Assembly (NCBI GenBank): GCA_044229845.1
Contig: JBGASG010000006.1
Coordinates: 224,001-288,000 of the forward strand
Source: Candidatus Obscuribacteraceae bacterium
GTDB taxonomy: Bacteria > Cyanobacteriota > Vampirovibrionia > Obscuribacterales > Obscuribacteraceae
Length of the DNA stretch: 64,000 nucleotides
Reading direction: 5' to 3'
Shown here: in pieces, positions 28,820 to 38,052 of the stretch
Layout: each line of letters begins with the position of its first letter
Numbering within the stretch: the stretch's first letter is position 1
Notes under the pieces: model-generated
Told to the model about the DNA's origin: nothing
The model's input: the letters and a program-made list of their open reading frames with translations, nothing else
Database searches by the model: none
Program-made: the position numbers and the translations under genes

Positions 28820-31491
28820 ACTTCGGATTCAACCTTCATGGCGCTCGGCTGGACGGGCGATGGATCTGACGGCGCGGTAGCCGCAGGCGCTTGCAACTCG
28901 AGTGCATTGGGGACGACTGCTAATTGTATCTCGGAGAGCTCGGTCTGCGCGCACCAGAGCCGAAATTCGGCGATTTGCGCCAAACTACTTGATAATTGAC
29001 GAAACTCCGGAAGCTCTTCGGGCTTGCCCGCAGGCTGGTCCACCAGGTCAACAAAGAGCATGCCGTCCTCGGCAAACCAATCGATGACGTGGATCTTCTT
29101 CAAGATGGAGAGTGCCAACGCCACACTCATCTTATCCACCGAAAGCGCAGCAGCCAGACGATCAGGATCGGCCTGGCCTTCTTTATGATTGACCGCATAC
29201 TTCACCAGCGCATACAGCTTGCGCAACATGGTGGTGGCATCAGGCGCCTCCGACTGCAATGCGCCGATCAAGTACACATGCTGCGCGGCGCTCTTGCGCA
29301 CCAGAGCACGAAAGACTTGAAGCGACGGCGGATATTGCCAGAGCACCAGGTGGGTCTGGTCGGTGACATCGCAGCGGCCGACGAGAGTGTGCCCGGGCAG
29401 TTTCTCGCTGGTCTCAGCAAAGAGAGCAACTTTGTCGCCAAGCTTACGAACAGCTGCGTCCAGAAGACTGCGCGCATCAGAGTGCTCGCGCAAATCCTTC
29501 CAGGAAATCGGTCGGCTGGCGAAACGAGCATTTGCCTGCGCGGCACCGGCGGCTGCATCAGGCACCGCGGTTTCGCGCGCGCCATCAGCGGCCGCCGCCG
29601 GCACGACCGGCAAATCCATGGTATCGGAGAGTTTCGTCGATTGCGCGTTGGCAGCCAGAGTTTCAGCGCGCGCGAGATCCGCGGGAGCCACTTCCACCGC
29701 CATCCCCGGAGCCGCTGCCGGCGGTGTCATATCCATTTCGGCTTCCACTTCGACCACGTCACGCAAAGCAGCATCGCGCCAGTCACAAAGCACCAGCTGC
29801 AGTCGGTCGACACCATTGTATGTGTTGATCTCGGGGGAAAAGGCAATATCGACTTGATCGCCGATTTGCGGAATGCGCCCGCGCGAGTTCCACATTACAC
29901 ATTCGAATTCATCGGCACCGCCCGACACGGTGATGCGATGGTGCTTGCCTTCCTTGCCCAGAACACGGGTCGCGACGCATTCCAATCCTTCGCTGACGAA
30001 GACCGGCTTGCGATTACCCATCCCGAAGGGTGCCAGGCGAGACAAGCTGCGCGCCAGAGGCTGCGTCAGATCGCGCGGCTCCAAAATGCAATCAATTTCC
30101 AGCTGCGATTTGCGCGCTTGACCCTGCAAAAGACGCGTGCAGGTATCGACAACGGCGCGGCAGAATAATTCGGCTTTATCCAGTTCGACGGTGAATCCGG
30201 CCGCCGCTTTGTGGCCGCCCCACTTCTGCGCCAGTTGCTCGTTGAGCTTCAACGCCTGATGCAGATCGATGGACGGGACGCCGCGCGCCGATCCTTTGAT
30301 GACTTTCTCGCCTTCATCCATCTCGGCAATGAAAACAGGAACTGAGTATTTCTCGACCAGTCGCGCCGCCACAATGCCGACAACGCCGTGGTGCCAGCCC
30401 TCGCCGTAGATGGCAATGGCGCGATCTATAGATAGGTTGCAGGTCTGCTGAACTTTCTTGTCCGCCTCGAAGAAAACTTGCTCGCACAAATCCTGGCGGC
30501 GAGTGTTCTCCATTTCCAGCGAGCGCGCAATTTCCTGCGCACGAGTTTCGTCGCTGGTGGTCAAAAGCTCAACGGCAGTGGTGGCATCGGACAGACGGCC
30601 GGCTGCATTCAGGCGGGGCGCCAGTCCAAACCCGACCAGATCCGTTCCTTCCTTATGTCCAGCCAGCTCCAACAAGGCTTTGATGCCCGGTCGCTGCGAA
30701 TTGATCAGCTTCGGCATACCCACCTGGACGAGATAGCGATTCTCTCTCACCAGGGGCACCATGTCGGCGATCAAGCCCAAAGTGACCAGGTCGAGCAGAT
30801 CGTCGATCATCTCCGGCTTGCCGCTATCGATCAAGAGCGCCTCGGCAAGCTTGTAGGCAACGCCGACTCCGGAAAGATCAAAGAGCGGGTGGTCGTCGGA
30901 GAGATGCTTGGGATGCATGATTGCCACCGCCGGCGGCGCCATATCGGGCAGCGCGTGGTGATCTAATATGATCGTCTCCACACCCAGCGATTTGGCGAAA
31001 TTGATTTCGGCAAAATTGGAAATTCCGCAATCGCAAGTGATGATCAGCTTGCTGCGATGCTTGCTGGCCAGCACGCTGACTGCTTTGAGGTTCAGTCCGT
31101 AACCTTCGGACGCACGGTTAGGAATGTAGAAATCGACCCGCGCCCCCAGTTCACGCAAGACCGTCAGCATCACGCAGGTGGCGGTGATACCATCGACGTC
31201 GTAGTCGCCATACACGGTGATCTGCTCATTCTGCTCGATCGCCTGTTTGATGCGTGCTACCGCCCGCGGTGTGTCGGCGAAGGACAGCGGGCTGGAAGTC
31301 TGGCACTTGTCCGGTTGCAGATAAGCCTCGGCTTCGACTGCCGTCCGCACGCCGCGATTTAACAAGAGCCGAGCCAGCAGTGCCGAATTATCGGCTGCTG
31401 CAATCAGCTCAGCCGTCGGCTGTTCGTCAGTTGGCATCACCCAATGCCGGGACGGCAAGCCCCGACGCGAACTTTCCATAGCTATCGACAT
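28816..31491 (-). CDS. recJ: Single-stranded DNA exonuclease RecJ with C-terminal extension
   Basis: YGDYDVDG, TCDCG, LDHH, PRLNAAGR, GVVGIVA, GGH.AAAG, PFGMGN. Confidence 0.95.
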   Translation of the reverse strand: MSIAMESSRRGLPSRHWVMPTDEQPTAELIAAADNSALLARLLLNRGVRTAVEAEAYLQPDKCQTSSPLSFADTPRAVARIKQAIEQNEQITVYGDYDVDGITATCVMLTVLRELGARVDFYIPNRASEGYGLNLKAVSVLASKHRSKLIITCDCGISNFAEINFAKSLGVETIILDHHALPDMAPPAVAIMHPKHLSDDHPLFDLSGVGVAYKLAEALLIDSGKPEMIDDLLDLVTLGLIADMVPLVRENRYLVQVGMPKLINSQRPGIKALLELAGHKEGTDLVGFGLAPRLNAAGRLSDATTAVELLTTSDETRAQEIARSLEMENTRRQDLCEQVFFEADKKVQQTCNLSIDRAIAIYGEGWHHGVVGIVAARLVEKYSVPVFIAEMDEGEKVIKGSARGVPSIDLHQALKLNEQLAQKWGGHKAAAGFTVELDKAELFCRAVVDTCTRLLQGQARKSQLEIDCILEPRDLTQPLARSLSRLAPFGMGNRKPVFVSEGLECVATRVLGKEGKHHRITVSGGADEFECVMWNSRGRIPQIGDQVDIAFSPEINTYNGVDRLQLVLCDWRDAALRDVVEVEAEMDMTPPAAAPGMAVEVAPADLARAETLAANAQSTKLSDTMDLPVVPAAAADGARETAVPDAAAGAAQANARFASRPISWKDLREHSDARSLLDAAVRKLGDKVALFAETSEKLPGHTLVGRCDVTDQTHLVLWQYPPSLQVFRALVRKSAAQHVYLIGALQSEAPDATTMLRKLYALVKYAVNHKEGQADPDRLAAALSVDKMSVALALSILKKIHVIDWFAEDGMLFVDLVDQPAGKPEELPEFRQLSSSLAQIAEFRLWCAQTELSEIQLAVVPNALELQAPAATAPSDPSPVQPSAMKVESEV

Positions 31492-31558
31492 GCCTTCCCT
31501 CGCTGAAGTCGATACGCCGGACATATCCGATCAACAATCTGCGAATATATTTTTGGCG

Positions 31559-31574
31559 CCACCATATGTGGTGC
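31559..31574. promoter_or_regulatory. NrdR-box-like site upstream of recJ-apt
   Basis: CCACCATATGTGGTGC fits C.A.AT.T.G of the NrdR consensus. Confidence 0.5.
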
Positions 31575-31659
31575 CGTCCCGCGTGCCCAAAGCATACTCG
31601 ATCGCCCGGGACGACGCGGATTAAATCCAGGTTGGATCCGGCAACAGCGGACTTAGAGA

Positions 31660-31989
31660 TCAGTGGCGACGGGCCTTCTTGAGAGCGCTGGTATAAATCT
31701 CTTCAATACGCTCAGGGCGCGCATCATCAGGCCAGTTTTCCAGGTTGATCTCAATCACCGTCGTATAAGACGGACCGTGCGGCCAGGGCAGAGCCCAGCC
31801 CGCAAACCAGATCACCGGAAACAGCAGAACGTGAAATGTCACGGCAACACAAAAAGCTTCACCCAGGGGCACCTGTTCTTTGAACCATTCGGCACATCTG
31901 CGATATAACCGAGTCTTGAGAGGCTCGGATTTATAGGCGAACGCTTCCGGCACGTCAGGGTTAGGAGATGCTTGTTTTTTCCAGACCAC
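31660..31989 (-). CDS. Small single-TM protein
   Basis: GTG start with AGGAG RBS; TM segment with a TonB/TolA-like HVLL motif. Confidence 0.65.
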   Translation of the reverse strand: MVWKKQASPNPDVPEAFAYKSEPLKTRLYRRCAEWFKEQVPLGEAFCVAVTFHVLLFPVIWFAGWALPWPHGPSYTTVIEINLENWPDDARPERIEEIYTSALKKARRH

Positions 31990-32093
31990 GCGCTCCTGAT
32001 GCCCTCAGCGATGGTAGTATGTGGTCCATTCTGACATATCATAAGTACTCAGATATGGCTGAGCCGGCTATGAATTCCACTGCGGAGGCAGTT

Positions 32094-32846
32094 ATGCGCC
32101 TGAAGCAATCCGGAAAAAACCAGCGAATCATGCGCCTGCGCGCGCTGGCGCTGCTGCTTTTGCCGATTTGCGGGTTTACCCTGATTTTTTCCTGCGGTTC
32201 GCCCCCGGCATGCGCCCAGGAAGATATCTATGGTCCGTCTAATCTACTGAAGTCGATGAAGACCCCCTTCAACGCACCCAGCACAAACGACGGCAGCGAC
32301 TCCAATACCGGCGCCATCACTTTAAGTCGTTCTCATAGCCCGCTTCAACGCGGGCTGGCCAGTCGCCTCATTCAGTCGCGCCTCTACCTCCCAGGACGGA
32401 TGGTTCTCGGGAAGCCCGCCGAGTTCGTTGTCAAAGGGAGACCGGGACAATTCGTCGCACTTGCCATGGCCGACAAAAACACCGGCGCCAAGCCGGTTTT
32501 TGGTCACGACCTGCGCCTGGGCTCCGACAGAAAACTGGTGGCAGTGGGGCAGATCGGCGAGACGGGCGTGACATCGCTGATGGTTGAAACACCTGTGCAA
32601 GGCGACTTGATCGGCGAGCGCTGGTTTTTTGAAGCAGCATTGTGGACGCATCCGGATTTCAGTGATCTAGAACTGGCGCAGCCCGTGCCCGCCGATGCCA
32701 CCGCCGCTGCCGAAGTCGATAAAGCCAACGGCGTGCTCGTCGGACCGGACATCGAATATAAACGCGGCGTACGCATCGTCCCCGATGCCACCTTGCCCAT
32801 GCAACGCGCCAGCCGTGGTACCGCTCTGGATTCAGGGAGACCCTAA
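32094..32846 (+). CDS. Secreted hypothetical protein
   Basis: Signal-peptide-like N-terminus; GGAGG RBS. Confidence 0.7.
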   Translation: MRLKQSGKNQRIMRLRALALLLLPICGFTLIFSCGSPPACAQEDIYGPSNLLKSMKTPFNAPSTNDGSDSNTGAITLSRSHSPLQRGLASRLIQSRLYLPGRMVLGKPAEFVVKGRPGQFVALAMADKNTGAKPVFGHDLRLGSDRKLVAVGQIGETGVTSLMVETPVQGDLIGERWFFEAALWTHPDFSDLELAQPVPADATAAAEVDKANGVLVGPDIEYKRGVRIVPDATLPMQRASRGTALDSGRP

Positions 32847-32850
32847 GGCC

Positions 32851-34353
32851 GTGAAAGCAATTCTGGTGCCGCTGGACAATCGCCCGGTCACTTATTTGTT
32901 GCCGCGGTTGGTGGCCAACATAGCCGGCGTACACGCGACGCTTCCGCCGCGGCACCTGATGGGCTCACTGCAGCGTCCATCTAATGTCAACGCTCTCGGC
33001 GACTGGCTGGACAGTGCACTTAAAGACGAAAAACCCGACGCCCTGCTGGTGTGCCTGGACAGTTTGCTGTACGGCGGATTGATACCATCTCGCCGCACCG
33101 AAGACGCAGTCGCCGATGTTCAGAAACGCTGCGATGTTTTGATGCGCTGGAAGAAACAGAACCCGTCGCTCAAATCAGTCCTCGCGCAATCAAGCATCAT
33201 GCGCATCTCGGACAATTACGACAACACCGAAGAGAAAGAATATTGGAATCGCTTCGGGCGCGAGATATTTGGCTGGTCGGAGTTGCTGCACAAAGTGCAG
33301 CGCGGAGACAGCGTCGCTGCGGCAGCACTGAGCGTGGCTGAGTCGCGCGTGCCACAGGCAATTCGCGATGACTACATGAAGACGCGCATGCGCAACTTTC
33401 AAATCAACCGCCAGTTGGTCAGTGCCGTCAAGGCTGGAGCGCTGGATTTCCTCGCTCTGTCACAAGATGACTCCGGCGAATTCGGCTTGAATGTCGTGGA
33501 ACGAGACAAATTGGTGGCACAAGCCCAGTCCGAAGGGGTGACACCGAAAGTAATGGCATACGCGGGAGCCGACGAAGTATTGTTGACCTTGTTCTGTCGC
33601 TGGCTGGTTTCGCAAAGCAACAATGAACGGCCCGCAGCTCGTGTCAGTTTCTCACCTTCAATGGGCGAGAGCATCCCCAGTCGCTACGAAGGTCAAACGA
33701 TTGGCGAAAGCATCCGCAATCAGCTGCGCGCCGCTAACATCGAGGTGGTGGAGAGCGAACAAGGCTGCGATTTCACAGTAGTCGTCCACACTTCCGGAGA
33801 TCGCCAGGGCGATCACATCCTTCTCAATGGTCAACCGGACCTGCGCGATTTGAACACAAGAACATCCGTTGAAGAAACCATGAAGTTGCTGCGCGAATGC
33901 AACAAGCCTTTTGTGCTTTTGGACGTGGCGTACTCCAACGGCAGCGATCCGATTTTAGTCGATGCCCTCTTTGAGGAACCCGATCTGCTCGATAAGATGT
34001 GGGGTTACGCCGGCTGGAACACCTCCGGCAACACGTTCGGCTCTGGACTGGCCATTGGCGTCGCGCGCTGGTTCGCCACCCGCAAAAATGTTCCACCTGA
34101 GCAAGCCGATCGCGCCCTCAAACAATGCCTGTTCGTCCGCTTCGCCGACGACTGGGCTTACCAGACACAGATTCGCAAACAACTAAACGGCCCGGTGCAA
34201 CCCAACGATCTCGCACCACTGATGACACCGCTTTTCAGCACCATCGGCAAAGCGCTCAAGTATCAACCGGAGTTTGTCAAGCTCGGTCTGCCCTGGCAGC
34301 GCACGTTCGAAGTCGAAATCGATGTCGAACAGCCCGTCGGCATTGCCACGTAG
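32851..34353 (+). CDS. DUF4127 family protein
   Basis: PLDNRP, YGGLIPSR, QDD, GADE, DVAYSNG, YAGWNTSGN, DDWAYQ. Confidence 0.85.
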   Translation: MKAILVPLDNRPVTYLLPRLVANIAGVHATLPPRHLMGSLQRPSNVNALGDWLDSALKDEKPDALLVCLDSLLYGGLIPSRRTEDAVADVQKRCDVLMRWKKQNPSLKSVLAQSSIMRISDNYDNTEEKEYWNRFGREIFGWSELLHKVQRGDSVAAAALSVAESRVPQAIRDDYMKTRMRNFQINRQLVSAVKAGALDFLALSQDDSGEFGLNVVERDKLVAQAQSEGVTPKVMAYAGADEVLLTLFCRWLVSQSNNERPAARVSFSPSMGESIPSRYEGQTIGESIRNQLRAANIEVVESEQGCDFTVVVHTSGDRQGDHILLNGQPDLRDLNTRTSVEETMKLLRECNKPFVLLDVAYSNGSDPILVDALFEEPDLLDKMWGYAGWNTSGNTFGSGLAIGVARWFATRKNVPPEQADRALKQCLFVRFADDWAYQTQIRKQLNGPVQPNDLAPLMTPLFSTIGKALKYQPEFVKLGLPWQRTFEVEIDVEQPVGIAT

Positions 34354-34367
34354 TTCAGTTCCAAGTA

Positions 34368-34958
34368 TCAGTCCACCTCGGCGTCGGATAACTGTTTGTC
34401 GGCGCATCGGACTGACTGCGCATCAGCCTGGATAGCGAGTTCGCTACCTGAGTCAATTGACTCACCGATGAGTGAATCGACAATGGTTTCTTCTCCTCTG
34501 CCTGAATCCTTCGATTCTCTTCTTCGCGTCAATCGCTCCACCACTGGGTAAAATGCTGGTCCGAAAAGACAGAGCAAGCAAGCAACGCTTGTGGCGACGA
34601 CGATTGACCAATGACCATCATGGCGAAACATTAAACGGTCAAGAAGTTGGATCACGCAGCAGGCGAGCGCAATCCCTGCACCAAACGAAAATACAGCACT
34701 GATGGACGGCAATGAGTTCGACAAAAGCGTTTCAAACAGCGTAGGTCTAGACGATGGACCAGCCTTGTTGACAAATTTTGGAAAAAGAAACTCCTTGTAG
34801 AATGCCACGAGCGACATAAATCCGCCGAGCGCGAAAATTGCTACCCACTCCCGCCGCTCCAGGTACTCTAAAAGGCGGTAGTTCCGAAGACAGCCGATGA
34901 AGAGGATCACACCGCTTCCGAGAACGAGGGCACATGCTACTTTGTCGCTCCAACGCAT
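34368..34958 (-). CDS. Hypothetical ~4-TM membrane protein (candidate immunity/cargo cassette)
   Basis: ATG overlaps the TGA of the duplicated NLDLLKKLGFVD* fragment; hydrophobic segments. Confidence 0.7.
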   Translation of the reverse strand: MRWSDKVACALVLGSGVILFIGCLRNYRLLEYLERREWVAIFALGGFMSLVAFYKEFLFPKFVNKAGPSSRPTLFETLLSNSLPSISAVFSFGAGIALACCVIQLLDRLMFRHDGHWSIVVATSVACLLCLFGPAFYPVVERLTRRRESKDSGRGEETIVDSLIGESIDSGSELAIQADAQSVRCADKQLSDAEVD

Positions 34959-35000
34959 CAGTCCACAAACCCCAGTTTTTTGAGCAAGTCAAGATTGCTC
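34956..35000 (-). repeat. Direct repeat copy 2 of the 3' end of the JAB-like gene
   Basis: Encodes SNLDLLKKLGFVD*; 41/45 nt identical to 36316-36360. Confidence 0.92.
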
Positions 35001-36308
35001 TATGACATGTTTGCTCTTTCTGCATTTGAACTCATTCGATCTCTGTTTCTCCCTTGCCGAGGCTAGCAAGGTCCTGATCTCCTCTGTTGGTGGAGCTGAA
35101 TTGCAAATCTCAATGACTCTCCGAAACTCGGCTGCCGCCTCACAATACTTCGACTGACAGGTGAGTGAATCCCCTAGCATGCTATCAGCGCGCGCCATCA
35201 GCAATAAGCGGTCAGGCAAGTAGTCCCAGACAGGGCGTTTCAACACACTGAGTTCTTCACCAAAGGAGGTCTCTGCGCCTCGGAAATTGGCTCGGCGATA
35301 TTGAATCTGCCCGACACCATCCAGGCTGCGGACAATTAGGATTTGACATTCAGGATACACATCCATTACGCGCGCCGCAGCGAGCGCCTCGGCATACGTC
35401 CGTTGAGCCTCGGGCAAGTTGTTCCGCAGTGAATAACAGTGCGCAAGCTTCAGCTTAAGCCTAACAAAATAAGTGGGGGAGATCTGCAGATAAGTGGGGG
35501 AGATCTGCGCATTCGTGCGCAACGCAACTTCCAACAAGTGAGTAGCGAACGCTGTATCGCCGCATCGAAGAGCTGTATCGGACTCTAGCTCCAGCATACC
35601 CACCTTGTCTTCAACAGTGTGCATCGACGCAGTAACATCTTCAAAGGCTCGCTCGGCTGGAGCCTTATTTCCAGCACGTAAGCTGATCTCCCCCAACTTA
35701 AACAATGCTGCAGACCTGGTGAACCGATCGGCGGCCGACAAGAGTGGCTCCAGCACAACGCGGGCGTGCTCAAGTTGCTTCTTACTGATGTACGCGTCAG
35801 CGATTTCGATACCGCTCGGGCCTAAGTCTGCTGGCGAGATCCTTCTTAACAAAACAAGCGTCTTACAGATGGAATCTCGCACCGCGAGGCTGGAATTGCC
35901 GCCCATAATCAGTTTGTGCGCCGATGCTATGCTCTCCGCGATTGAATCTCGTGCAAGCTTTTCCTGGTTCCGAATTGCATATATTTGACCTAAACCGGTA
36001 GTGCTGCGCATGCGGCTCTCAAGATCTCCGCTTTTCGCAGCAAGACTGCTTGACTCTTTGTAGTACTGAAGGGCTTCATCAAGAGCACCACGGTTTAGAG
36101 AGCTATCTGCAAGTTGCAGTCCCAATCTAGTTTTGCTGGCCGAGTCGATCGCGATTTGGTACTGCAACCTTGTGGGTAATATAAGCCAGTCAGTCGGGTA
36201 AACAGCCAACAATACCAGACAAGCTAGCGAACCCACAGCTGCAATAACTTTGCACTTGGTCGCTCTTTCAGGAAGAGCCAGCTCAATGGGACGCATGTAT
36301 TTTGTCAC
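34989..36308 (-). CDS. TPR protein with N-terminal TM anchor
   Basis: Repeated TPR helices (LGQIYA, LGEISL, LAHCYS, VGQIQY, LGDSLT); internal 21-bp duplication; start uncertain. Confidence 0.75.
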   Translation of the reverse strand: MTKYMRPIELALPERATKCKVIAAVGSLACLVLLAVYPTDWLILPTRLQYQIAIDSASKTRLGLQLADSSLNRGALDEALQYYKESSSLAAKSGDLESRMRSTTGLGQIYAIRNQEKLARDSIAESIASAHKLIMGGNSSLAVRDSICKTLVLLRRISPADLGPSGIEIADAYISKKQLEHARVVLEPLLSAADRFTRSAALFKLGEISLRAGNKAPAERAFEDVTASMHTVEDKVGMLELESDTALRCGDTAFATHLLEVALRTNAQISPTYLQISPTYFVRLKLKLAHCYSLRNNLPEAQRTYAEALAAARVMDVYPECQILIVRSLDGVGQIQYRRANFRGAETSFGEELSVLKRPVWDYLPDRLLLMARADSMLGDSLTCQSKYCEAAAEFRRVIEICNSAPPTEEIRTLLASAREKQRSNEFKCRKSKHVIEQS

Positions 36309-36315
36309 CCCGCAT

Positions 36316-36360
36316 CATCAGTCCACAAAGCCCAATTTTTTGAGCAGGTCAAGATTGTTC
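36316..36360 (-). repeat. Direct repeat copy 1 (3' end of JAB-like ORF)
   Basis: Encodes NNLDLLKKLGFVD*. Confidence 0.92.
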
Positions 36361-36704
36361 CCATCCGGTATGAATCTGCCCCTAGACGTAAACTGTCCTA
36401 GTTGAACTATTCGCCCTGCCTTGTTTGCTTCAACGTAGTCTGCATCCTTTGCATGGTAATCAACTTTGTAGAGCATCAGGCTATTGTAGGTCGCACCGGC
36501 CGGCGGACTGCCCGGAATTTCGTCTCCTTTGTGGGCAGACGGCGTCAGCAACACCTGCACAAACTGCTTACCCTGGTTTGAAAACGCCGAGCTATGCATA
36601 AAGCCTTCGTAGGTCCGACCAAGTGTCAAATCGTCGGGCGAGAAATTCCAGTAGGCCTTGTCTTTCGACAGCGGATGTGAGTGCCCGTGCGCTAAGATGG
36701 TCAT
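36318..36704 (-). CDS. JAB/MPN (DUF4329-like) metal-binding C-terminal part of a toxin-like gene; separate ORF or frameshifted 3' half
   Basis: HGHSHP...NFSPDD motif; ATG overlaps the upstream TGA. Confidence 0.6.
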   Translation of the reverse strand: MTILAHGHSHPLSKDKAYWNFSPDDLTLGRTYEGFMHSSAFSNQGKQFVQVLLTPSAHKGDEIPGSPPAGATYNSLMLYKVDYHAKDADYVEANKAGRIVQLGQFTSRGRFIPDGNNLDLLKKLGFVD

Positions 36705-37798
36705 AGGCTGTCCCCGAAAGCGATTTTCCAATTCTCGATACCAAGCGGTTCTTGAAGCTCGGAGTTCCCGTCTTTAACGCCTGGATTGAACCACACTCGA
36801 GACATGTAGATTTTGTCGCCTACTTGGGCAAATGCAAAATTGAATTCGCCCTGATTCCGCCGTGGATCGTTGATCAGAGAAGAGTATGTTTCCAGAATTG
36901 CCTTGGGAACACTTTTTACCTCGTGAATTTCGCCAGAGACCTCCCACTTATCGATGTAGTCGCGCAGTTGCTTGTCTCCTTTTGCCTGGTGTTTAATCAA
37001 ATCCGACACAGGCGAATTCTTTGCTTTTTCCCAAGTTCGCCCACCGGACGACGGAGCTAAATTGCTGCGAGAGTCGTTTCCGGCGTCGGCAATGACGGAG
37101 TCAGTGTCATAGGTTGTTGTTGCAGGAGCTGCTTGTTCGCCCTGAGCCTTTGCTTCCGGCGTATAGCCGGCATCGGACATCGTGCCGCCACCGGCTCCGA
37201 ATGCAATCAATCTCGCCTCCGGCGATAAATGATGCCGCCGGAGCGCATCTTCTTCAATATTCGACGTGTAGCGGTTCGCTGAAGGATGAGGCACGGGCTC
37301 CGGATCGTTTGGAGTTAGTACGCCTAGTGATTTCTCATTCGTAGGTCCGCCGCCAGGTCCGCCGCCAATACCCGAATCTCCGCCAAGTTTGTTGAGCGCG
37401 CCGGCTGCCCATTGCCTAGCTTTGTTGAGTATGTAATCAATCGAAAAGGCTCCTTGGAGTCGCTCTACTTCCTCGGCGCTAGCATCACTGTCAAAGACTT
37501 TTTTGAGCCCCTGCATGAAGGACGGGCGTGCCACGTATCGTTCGCCTTTGGATGTGTGCTCTTTGCCTGCCTCGGCATCCTCCAGCACAAACTCACTAAC
37601 AGCCCTGCTGCCTTTCGAGACGGACGACAAAATCCTATCCAACTGCCCCGAGAAGGATGTGAAAACCGGCTCGTAGGGAGCCGCCTGCACTTCATCAGTT
37701 ACCGATTCTGCGGCCAGTTTGCCCGACGTAAAGGGTTTGCTCTCCCCCTCCGCGCCACCCTCAGCCTTTCTTTCGCCTCGCTTCGAATTTTCCAACAC
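36701..37798 (-). CDS. Hypothetical effector/toxin-like protein, N-terminal part
   Basis: Low-complexity N-terminus, Gly-rich linker; ends with a GEFNFAF beta-strand region resembling a JAB N-terminal half. Confidence 0.65.
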   Translation of the reverse strand: MLENSKRGERKAEGGAEGESKPFTSGKLAAESVTDEVQAAPYEPVFTSFSGQLDRILSSVSKGSRAVSEFVLEDAEAGKEHTSKGERYVARPSFMQGLKKVFDSDASAEEVERLQGAFSIDYILNKARQWAAGALNKLGGDSGIGGGPGGGPTNEKSLGVLTPNDPEPVPHPSANRYTSNIEEDALRRHHLSPEARLIAFGAGGGTMSDAGYTPEAKAQGEQAAPATTTYDTDSVIADAGNDSRSNLAPSSGGRTWEKAKNSPVSDLIKHQAKGDKQLRDYIDKWEVSGEIHEVKSVPKAILETYSSLINDPRRNQGEFNFAFAQVGDKIYMSRVWFNPGVKDGNSELQEPLGIENWKIAFGDSL

Positions 37799-38052
37799 TC
37801 TCGCGACTCCGCACCATCATAGCTATATACCCAGAGCTATTAGACTCTTCCTCGCCCCGTCGAGCACGAAGTGGAGACAGCGCCTGCCACCTCCTCGGTC
37901 GGCATCTGCCGTCAGTAGCACCAAAGGTGATGGCATAGGTATTTCAGAGTTGATCGAACACGCTGGAAGGTCGGCATTGCCACGTAGTTTGCACACGCTC
38001 TGTACTATTCTGATAGCACCCCTAACCAGAATCTGCAGCCGAGGCAGTGATC

